In this document: piece by piece, positions 19,460 to 26,891 of the stretch | Position numbering within the stretch: the first letter of the stretch is position 1 | How the letters are laid out: each line of letters begins with the position of its first letter | Program-made: the position numbers and the translations under genes | Virus record (IMG/VR): IMGVR_UViG_3300027896_000001 | Location: 1-64,000 of that record | Source of the DNA: a virus | Reading direction: 5' to 3' (one strand) | Length of the DNA stretch: 64,000 nucleotides | Notes under the pieces: model-generated | Told to the model about the DNA's origin: nothing | The model's database searches: none | Seen by the model: the letters and a program-made list of their open reading frames with translations, nothing else

Positions 19460-20227
19460 ATGGAAACAATTTTTGATCAAATAAAAGAAGCGGCTATTGT
19501 TGACGAACTTCAAAAAATAGCCGATGGGGATCTCGGCGAAATGACCGGAGCAGGCGCCGGAATAGGTTCTCTTGCCGGGGCGATCGGGGGAGGAATATAC
19601 GGACGCCATAGGGTGGTCAAGGAAATGAAAGGGTTAAAAAATCTTCTCAGGTCAGCCAGGAAAGGCCTTGGGCCGATGAAAGGAAGACTTCCAACGATAC
19701 GTGGAAAAGGTCCTCTTGGAGAAGGCATGCTTATTGGATCACTGGTCGGCGCGAGCCTTGGCGCGGGCATCGGTGCGGGTGGAGGAGCCACCGTAGGAAC
19801 GCTCAGGCAGGCCCTGACAAAAACTGGAGGAGACATCTCCGAAGGTTCCGGAACGGGCGTTATGCTGGGCGCAGGACTTGGAGGAGTGGGCGGAGCGGCT
19901 TATGGCGTGCATGCGGTACATTCAAATGTTAAAGGGTTAAAAGGTGCCGCCAGCACTCTTAACAAACAACTGAATGCTTTGAAAAGAGTTAAGGGAATGG
20001 GAATACCAAGAAAATTAAAAATCCCGACCATCAGAGGGAGGGGCCCATTGGTAGGAGGAGCTATCGCCGGCGCAGCGCTCGGAACAGCCCTTGGAGCTGG
20101 ATTGGGAGCGGGTATAGGGGCTGGCGCAGGAGCCGCCAGACGGTTTTATCAACCAGAATATATGTATGAGAAATATGAAAGCAAGGACGCTATAGCCGAT
20201 GACAATCGGTTTGAAAAGGTTTATTAA
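19460..20227 (+). CDS. Tagged double glycine-zipper protein (tandem duplicate of the previous unit)
   Basis: Tag plus two units, each with PTIRG(K/R)GPL and G-zippers, separated by KTG. Confidence 0.8.
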   Translation: METIFDQIKEAAIVDELQKIADGDLGEMTGAGAGIGSLAGAIGGGIYGRHRVVKEMKGLKNLLRSARKGLGPMKGRLPTIRGKGPLGEGMLIGSLVGASLGAGIGAGGGATVGTLRQALTKTGGDISEGSGTGVMLGAGLGGVGGAAYGVHAVHSNVKGLKGAASTLNKQLNALKRVKGMGIPRKLKIPTIRGRGPLVGGAIAGAALGTALGAGLGAGIGAGAGAARRFYQPEYMYEKYESKDAIADDNRFEKVY

Positions 20228-20694
20228 TGAATTTTTTTGAGACAGTAAAACAAGGATCATTCATCGACGAGCTTCAGAAGATCGCCTTCAAGGAATCTTT
20301 TGGGCCTAACGGCGAACTGATCACCGATTACATTAAAGGTGATTATGCGGTCAGCAGAGCAAGACAAAAAGAACCTATACCATTCAATGCCGCAAGAGTA
20401 GTTGGAACAGTCGGTGGTGGTTTAGGCGGAGCTGTTATAGGTGGCCTGGCAAACCTTCCAATGCTTGCAATCGGAAGGAAGAAGAAATGGAGTGATAAAC
20501 AAGTATGGGCGGCCATGAAGAGCGCCCAGAGAATAGGAAGCATTGCAGGCGGCGCGCTCGGTCTTGCAACCGCTTTGGAATTTGTCGAATCGCCTTTACT
20601 GAAATCTCGAGGGATTAAAAGAAAAGGTCTCATACATCCGACTTATAAAATCAGCAGGGAAGCGCAGCAGAAATATAGAATTCATCCTGACTAA
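20227..20694 (+). CDS. Tagged glycine-zipper protein
   Basis: FFETVKQGSFIDELQKIA; GTVGGGLGGAVIGG and GSIAGGALG. Confidence 0.75.
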   Translation: MNFFETVKQGSFIDELQKIAFKESFGPNGELITDYIKGDYAVSRARQKEPIPFNAARVVGTVGGGLGGAVIGGLANLPMLAIGRKKKWSDKQVWAAMKSAQRIGSIAGGALGLATALEFVESPLLKSRGIKRKGLIHPTYKISREAQQKYRIHPD

Positions 20695-20702
20695 GCGGTG
20701 CT

Positions 20703-21392
20703 ATGAATGATACCGAACAAATTCTCAAGTGGCAGAAAACGAAAGACCCGAATCTTTTCGCTAATATGGTCATTCGTTATCAACCAGTTATTAATTCAGT
20801 GGTCAATAAATTCCGGACAGTCGGGCTTCCGCCGGCAACACTGCGCGCCCATGCTACCACGCAACTGATAAAATCCTTCGAGTCGTTTGACCCTTCACGG
20901 GGAACGCAACCCACGACGCACATATGGAATAATCTCCAGAAGGTCCAACGCGTCGCCTCGGAAAGCCTAATGTCCGGACACATTCCTGAGAACAGAAATC
21001 TTAAGAGATCTACATACAATATTGTTCAGGATAATTTGACCGAACAACTTGGAAGAGAACCTAACGTTGAGGAAATGAGTGACGAACTTGGTTGGGATAA
21101 AAGAGAAACAGCCAGGATGCAGTCGGAGATGAAGGGCGAAACAACTGCGAGTAATGCCGAATTCGATTTTTACGGGAATAGTACAACATCCAGGTCGAAG
21201 GACAGACAACTTGTAGATTATCTGTATCATGAACTTTCCGGCCCCCAGAAAGTGATATTCGAACACACATTCGGCTACGGCGGAAAGGACATACTTAACA
21301 ATAAAGAAATAGCTAAGAAACTCAACATGAACGAGATGATGGTGCATCGAATGAAAAAGGACATGTCGAGAAGGGTTCAGGAGATGAGATGA
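20703..21392 (+). CDS. Sigma70-family RNA polymerase sigma factor (SigF/FliA-like size)
   Basis: Region 2 LIKSFESFDPSRG, region 3 LGREPNVEEMSDELG, region 4 LSGPQKVIF...NKEIAKKLNM. Confidence 0.85.
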   Translation: MNDTEQILKWQKTKDPNLFANMVIRYQPVINSVVNKFRTVGLPPATLRAHATTQLIKSFESFDPSRGTQPTTHIWNNLQKVQRVASESLMSGHIPENRNLKRSTYNIVQDNLTEQLGREPNVEEMSDELGWDKRETARMQSEMKGETTASNAEFDFYGNSTTSRSKDRQLVDYLYHELSGPQKVIFEHTFGYGGKDILNNKEIAKKLNMNEMMVHRMKKDMSRRVQEMR

Positions 21393-22096
21393 AGAAAAAA
21401 GAATTCGCACCAGGTCTTCCCTCTAAAGAGAAGACGCATAAAATAAGTCAGAAGGGCCAAACTCGTTTGGTCATTCAGGAACATAATGCGTCTCATCATC
21501 ATTATGACATGCGCCTGCAGTCGGGAGATAAAGCGCATAGTTGGGTCATTAGAAGTCTCCCAGGAGAGAAACCTAAAACACTTGCAATAAGGCAACCGAC
21601 TCATACTGCGAAATATATGAACTTCGAGGGAACGATTAAATCTGGATATGGCGCGGGAACAGTCAAGAAGGTTTATGACGAGAAAGTTCATGTCCTTTCT
21701 GCGACGAATGATAAGATAAAAATGCAGACGCCGCAGGGGAATTTTACGATGGTAAAAATTAAAGATCCAAAAGATAGGAATTGGCTTATGATAAAAACAT
21801 CAGTATTGGAGAAAGGTATGTTCGACCAAATTAAAGAAGCGGCGCTCATCGATGAATTAGAAAAAATTTCTGCAGGTCAATATACGAAAGTTTTTCAACA
21901 ATTAAAAGGAACTCCTAAATTTGATATATCAGAGTTATATCCAGCTGTGACGAAAATAAGGCAAAGAATTGGAAAGTTAAGATCATTTCTTCCTTCCGAG
22001 CATATAGGAAGAAAAGCAAAGTTATCTAATTTAGAACGTGATTTGACTACATCTTTACAAGAATATAAAAGTAAAAGACAAAACTTAATGTATTGA
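21389..22096 (+). CDS. LigD-type DNA 3'-phosphoesterase (PE) domain fused to a tag and basic tail
   Basis: LVIQEHNASHHHYDMRL...SWVI...LAI...H...YMNFEGTIKSGYGAGTV is the LigD PE signature; tag at 21818. Confidence 0.88.
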   Translation: MKKKEFAPGLPSKEKTHKISQKGQTRLVIQEHNASHHHYDMRLQSGDKAHSWVIRSLPGEKPKTLAIRQPTHTAKYMNFEGTIKSGYGAGTVKKVYDEKVHVLSATNDKIKMQTPQGNFTMVKIKDPKDRNWLMIKTSVLEKGMFDQIKEAALIDELEKISAGQYTKVFQQLKGTPKFDISELYPAVTKIRQRIGKLRSFLPSEHIGRKAKLSNLERDLTTSLQEYKSKRQNLMY

Positions 22097-22107
22097 TAAA
22101 ATTTAAC

Positions 22108-22535
22108 TATGCTTAAGAATCCTATAACAATGAAATTGGAGAAAGATATGTTCAATCAAATTAAAGAAGCGGCATTTATTAATGAGTTAGAAAAGATATC
22201 AGTTAGAGGTGATTATAATAAAATGTTAAATTTAAAAGGCCGCCTTGCAAAAAGGCTGTATAAAATTTATCATTCACCCGAAAAATTTAATCCTAATACT
22301 GCGAATGTTGTTTCTGAACATTATGGTAAAAAATAGCTCCTTTAGAAAAAAAGTTATTTAATAGAATGGATATATTAAGAAATCGTTTATTTCAAAGGGG
22401 AATAACAGATGTTGGTATGAAAACAAATGATTGGAATAAATTAGAAAGACTTGGCCAAATGCGACAGAACATTGATTTAAGTGTATGGCATTAAAATTGA
22501 TTGATTTAAAAATATGCTTAAGAATCCTATAACAA
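22108..22535 (+). repeat. 23-bp direct repeat TATGCTTAAGAATCCTATAACAA
   Basis: Exact copies at 22108-22130 and 22513-22535, each containing an ORF start (MLKNPIT). Confidence 0.9.
22109..22494 (+). pseudogene. Tagged ORF frameshifted in an A6 run
   Basis: Frame stops at 22336 (GGT AAA AAA TAG); the -1 frame continues IAPLEKKLFNRM...SVWH to TAA at 22494. Confidence 0.5.
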
Positions 22536-23668
22536 CAAAACCTGATTACAAAGAACTTGAAGAGCCTACTGCCTATACGGATGACAGTATCGTTCTTCAG
22601 CCAAAAGTGGATGGTTCTCATTCATTAATTGCATTGCATTCAAACCGCGATAACGATATCTATTCATATCGGATAAGTAAAAGGACTGGTAAATCGATTG
22701 ACCATTCAGCACAGATTCCAAAGATAAGAGATCTTGAAGTTCCGAAGTTTCTTGACAATACAGTTATTCGTGGCGACCTGTTCGGCAAAACGAAACATGG
22801 CGTGATGCCTGCGGAACAGATAGGCGGAATACTGAATGCCAGCCTTGAAAAGAGTTTTGCGAAACAACGGGAATCTGGATGGTTAAGGCCCTATGTATAC
22901 AATATAGAAAAGTTTCACGGAAAAGATGTTTCCAACGAACCTTATGCTGTCAAATTCCAATTGCTGAAAAAAATAGAATCGGCATTGCCGCAATTGGAAG
23001 TGGCTGAAACCGCATTTACTCCTGAAGAGAAAAAGAAACTTGTTGAAAAAGTCAAGAAAGGTAAACATCCTGACACTGTCGAGGGAGTGGTGGAATGGAA
23101 CCTGAACAAACCTGGCGGCGATCCAGCAAAGGTAAAATTCAGAGATAATTTCGAAGTGTACATCCGGAACATATTTCCTGCGGTAAATCAGAAGACGGGA
23201 AGGGAAAAGAAAGAAGCCGGCGGTTTCGAATACAGCCTTACCCCGAAAGGGGAGATCGTAGGAAACGTCGGAACAGGTTTTGATCGTTCTGAAAGAATCG
23301 ATATGCTGAAGCATCCCGAGAAATGGGTGGGAGAGGTGGCGAGGGTGAAATCACAGCAGCAATACGGATCGGGGGCATTGAGGGCCCCATCGTTCTATAC
23401 ACTCCATGTGGAGAAGAACCTGCAGAAAGCGGCATATGATGATTTTTTCAGATATGGATTCGTAGATGAATTGGAAAAAATAGCGGCAACTCTGAAAGAA
23501 TTGAACAAGGCCAGCGTCAAGGTTTATGATAAAAGAGTGGGGCCTCCTCCCGTCCAGCGTCATCATGAAGAGGTCGGTCCGACTCAGATTAAACACAGGG
23601 AAGATGCCGGAGAACAGGGCGGTTCAATATCCACCGGAGGCGGGTCTATAGAAATTTCAGGTATATAA
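22514..23668 (+). CDS. ATP-dependent DNA ligase with C-terminal tag
   Basis: Motif I QPKVDG, III VIRGDL, IV EGVV, V AKVK; OB fold VGNVGTGF...LRAPSF; then GFVDELEKIA. Confidence 0.88.
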   Translation: MLKNPITTKPDYKELEEPTAYTDDSIVLQPKVDGSHSLIALHSNRDNDIYSYRISKRTGKSIDHSAQIPKIRDLEVPKFLDNTVIRGDLFGKTKHGVMPAEQIGGILNASLEKSFAKQRESGWLRPYVYNIEKFHGKDVSNEPYAVKFQLLKKIESALPQLEVAETAFTPEEKKKLVEKVKKGKHPDTVEGVVEWNLNKPGGDPAKVKFRDNFEVYIRNIFPAVNQKTGREKKEAGGFEYSLTPKGEIVGNVGTGFDRSERIDMLKHPEKWVGEVARVKSQQQYGSGALRAPSFYTLHVEKNLQKAAYDDFFRYGFVDELEKIAATLKELNKASVKVYDKRVGPPPVQRHHEEVGPTQIKHREDAGEQGGSISTGGGSIEISGI

Positions 23669-23676
23669 GGACGCAT

Positions 23677-25746
23677 ATGCCACCGACAAAAGAAGCATGC
23701 CAGATCTATGTCGACGCACAAACGGCGAAAGCCAAGATATTAAAACAGTGGTTTAATATCCGTGACGCCATTCAAAAACTTCTGTCTACTAAAATCAAAC
23801 TGCAATTCGGAATTCTTAACATAGCCGACGTGATAGGCGCCGAAGTCCTCTCTGCTGTCGAGACTCTTGCGGCATCCATAGCGCAGGCGGCGCTTGGGGC
23901 GTTATCCCAGGCGGCCACGGCTGTCGTTGAAACTGTGCTGAAGGAATTGCTGAAGATACTGCTCGCGTTCCCAACTGCTGTATTTTCTCTCGTGGCTATT
24001 CCATTAAATCAAGCAAGAGTATCCTGCAACAATGAAAGATTATATCTGATAAAGGCGAGCAACAACATAAGGGCTGTTCTCGGGCTTATCATAAAATGGA
24101 CCGGCGGCCAGGCAGGAGACCAATATTATCAGAAGATGGTAGAAGCGATGCCGTATATTACAAAAGCCCTTTCCTTGATTAAAGACATGATTGTCCAACT
24201 TCAGGGGGAAACATCTGATGAGGCGACACCAAGAAACGCCGTATTTAATGAAGAGAAATTTTTCGAACTGCAGCACAACCTGCGCGCCGCTATAAACATA
24301 ACCATGCCGACATCGGTGATAGAAGATAATCTTCAGATTACCGCAACAGTCGAACAGAACAGGTTGGATATATATAAGGAACTGTCTGAAAATATAAAAA
24401 AGGAATATGCCAGGAAAAGGAGCGATATCTCCACTAAGTTTTCGAAGGACATGGACGGCGCGGAAGGGTTTAACGGGTTGGCAAGGGCCATCAGAAAAGA
24501 ACAGGTAAAAAGCGATTATTCTACGCAACTGAACATGTTGTCAATGTGGAAGAAAGAACAACTGGCAAACGCGCAAATGAAAGCGACAATCCAGTCGGCT
24601 TCCAATGGAAGCAATTACGTTCAGGCTCTTTCAGGATTCGCCGACGCGTTCATGTACGATATGAAATTTCTCATGAGCAATCTCAACGATTTTCATCAGA
24701 ACATGGTTATGGCGTACACTAATTATAAAATGAGTCAGTTGATGTGCAACAGCATTTACAACATAAGAGAGTTGATACGCGGACTGATTAATGAGATAAT
24801 TAACTTAATAAGGGAAAGTTCCAATGTAGCGGGAACCGCTGTTATACAGTCGCTTGCGGTGTCTCAGGCTATGATGGAAATCGTGTATGAAACATTTTCA
24901 AAGGATATAGAACGGTTTAATTCGTCTGATAGCAACATCTCGTCGATTGAATTGTCTCAGGCGCTTTTTCTGGACAATCAGTTATTGGCTGCCGCAGACG
25001 CGAACATTAACGCGACGATAACCGACAGCCTTATAAAACTGATAAACAGTGATGATCTTCTTAAAGATGAGGCTGGGCAATTTGATGCTTTTCTTAACAG
25101 AATTAAGAATATTCCTGACTGGGACGGTACTCTCGGAGTCTGGGCTGTTGATATGCTTCATATTTCTGTCTCTCCTTACGTGCAGGTAATAGCAGACTCC
25201 GTCAATCTTCTTACAAGCGTTCCGACTTTATCAATATCAAAAAGGGGATCAGACCAGCAGACGATAAGGAAACTTTTAGTAAGAGTTGAAAATTCGTTTG
25301 CCGCTATAAAGAAACATAATACACTGGTTTATAATGTCCTTTATTCTTATGAACCATATGTCGGGTCTGAGGCCGGCAACCTGATGAAGATGCTGGCTGG
25401 AACCGGGCTCCTGCAGAATTTCGCTCTCGGAATGAGCATCGCGGGGCTTGTGACAACGATAGGGGCGAATGTCGCGACACGAGGATTCGGATCGGTTTTT
25501 CCAAGCAATTCGGCGTGCAGAAAATTATATCCGGAATTATTCACTGACGCCGACTTGAATCTTGCCGCGGCAAAAGAGGCGCTGAATGTTCAATCGGCTG
25601 AATTAAGTAATGATTTTAATGCCTGGTTGGAGAAGAATAAATTCAATATAAACAAACAAAGACTGGATGTGTCAACATTTGAATTATATCCGTCTGATCT
25701 TCCTTGGGACGCATATAATAATGCCGATGCCGAGCCGGTAACTTAA
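23677..25746 (+). CDS. Large helical hypothetical (probable virion) protein
   Basis: 689-aa ORF within the baseplate cluster; no recognised motif. Confidence 0.75.
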   Translation: MPPTKEACQIYVDAQTAKAKILKQWFNIRDAIQKLLSTKIKLQFGILNIADVIGAEVLSAVETLAASIAQAALGALSQAATAVVETVLKELLKILLAFPTAVFSLVAIPLNQARVSCNNERLYLIKASNNIRAVLGLIIKWTGGQAGDQYYQKMVEAMPYITKALSLIKDMIVQLQGETSDEATPRNAVFNEEKFFELQHNLRAAINITMPTSVIEDNLQITATVEQNRLDIYKELSENIKKEYARKRSDISTKFSKDMDGAEGFNGLARAIRKEQVKSDYSTQLNMLSMWKKEQLANAQMKATIQSASNGSNYVQALSGFADAFMYDMKFLMSNLNDFHQNMVMAYTNYKMSQLMCNSIYNIRELIRGLINEIINLIRESSNVAGTAVIQSLAVSQAMMEIVYETFSKDIERFNSSDSNISSIELSQALFLDNQLLAAADANINATITDSLIKLINSDDLLKDEAGQFDAFLNRIKNIPDWDGTLGVWAVDMLHISVSPYVQVIADSVNLLTSVPTLSISKRGSDQQTIRKLLVRVENSFAAIKKHNTLVYNVLYSYEPYVGSEAGNLMKMLAGTGLLQNFALGMSIAGLVTTIGANVATRGFGSVFPSNSACRKLYPELFTDADLNLAAAKEALNVQSAELSNDFNAWLEKNKFNINKQRLDVSTFELYPSDLPWDAYNNADAEPVT

Positions 25747-25793
25747 TGTGGCTAAAATGGTCAGAAATAAGTATTTTCTTTAAAGGCGCATAA

Positions 25794-26234
25794 ATGGACA
25801 TTGATTTCATAACAGATTTAAGAGAAGGATTCGCAATATCTCTCGGAGACAATCCTCAGGCTGTTTCAGGAAACAGGGCTCTTGTCAATAGATTCGAGCT
25901 TACGTTCCTTACGAAACGAAGACAATTCATACTTGGGAACAAGTATGTTGCCGATACTTATGGCGGGGATGCCAGTAAATTCATAAACAGGCCCCAGGTA
26001 TTGAATGACATGCAAAGCATCTCTGCGTCTATAACAACCGCTATAGACCAGACCGTACAATCAATATTAGACGATCAGCCGGCCGAAATACCGGAGACCG
26101 AAAAACTGGAATCGGCTGAATTGATAAGTCTCGACATTACTGACGATGTAGTAGTGGCAGTGATTCAAGTGAATCCGGTTGAAGTGGAATCATATGATGA
26201 TTTAAGATTTAATCTTCCGATTACAAGGAGTTAG
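25794..26234 (+). CDS. Putative baseplate wedge protein (T4 gp25-like)
   Basis: 146 aa; VSGNRALVNRFELTFLTKR...YGG pattern; upstream of the baseplate-J-like gene. Confidence 0.55.
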   Translation: MDIDFITDLREGFAISLGDNPQAVSGNRALVNRFELTFLTKRRQFILGNKYVADTYGGDASKFINRPQVLNDMQSISASITTAIDQTVQSILDDQPAEIPETEKLESAELISLDITDDVVVAVIQVNPVEVESYDDLRFNLPITRS

Positions 26235-26236
26235 TT

Positions 26237-26635
26237 ATGGAATTGTTTGAACAGATTAAAGAAGCGGCTTTTATTGATGAGTTGGAAAAGATTTCCACAC
26301 CAAGTTTAAAAAGAATTTCTAAAGCACTTAAAGTAAGGGGATTGTTAGGAAACGCTTCTATATACGAAGGAAAGGAAAATCAATATTTAAGAGAATTAAT
26401 TTCGGGAAAACATTCAACAAAAGAAATTAGAAATGCAGCTTTTTCTCCTGAATCAGTATTGGCTGATAAATTAATATCAAAAGGTATAGAGCCATCCAGA
26501 GGAATAAAAAAAACTCTTTTAAGAAGTTTTCCTATTAGAAGAATTACAGAGGCGTCGCCAGAAACTAGAAAATTAGTAAGTCAACTTGATTGGGAACCTG
26601 CAAATATATGGCACAAAGGACAAAGAATATATTAA
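26237..26635 (+). CDS. Tagged basic protein
   Basis: LFEQIKEAAFIDELEKIS; AT-rich cargo. Confidence 0.75.
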   Translation: MELFEQIKEAAFIDELEKISTPSLKRISKALKVRGLLGNASIYEGKENQYLRELISGKHSTKEIRNAAFSPESVLADKLISKGIEPSRGIKKTLLRSFPIRRITEASPETRKLVSQLDWEPANIWHKGQRIY

Positions 26636-26643
26636 GGAGAAAT

Positions 26644-26877
26644 ATGCTAAACACATTCGAACAAATCAAAGAAGCAGCTTTTATTGATGAATTGGAAAAA
26701 ATTGCGGCCAAAGTGCGATTCCCTATGCCTAAAAGAGGAAAACTTCCAAGAGTAGCCACACCTTCAATGAGAAGGGGCGCTCCGATTACTCGTGGAGAAG
26801 CGTGGCAGCCGCCGGCGCGCGCACAATCGTACGCAACACCAAAAGGTAATCCGATGTCATATGGCGAAGCATGGTAA
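26644..26877 (+). CDS. Tagged small Arg/Pro-rich protein
   Basis: AAGGAG RBS before ATG 26644; TFEQIKEAAFIDELEKIA. Confidence 0.75.
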   Translation: MLNTFEQIKEAAFIDELEKIAAKVRFPMPKRGKLPRVATPSMRRGAPITRGEAWQPPARAQSYATPKGNPMSYGEAW

Positions 26878-26891
26878 AGGAAGAATAATCT

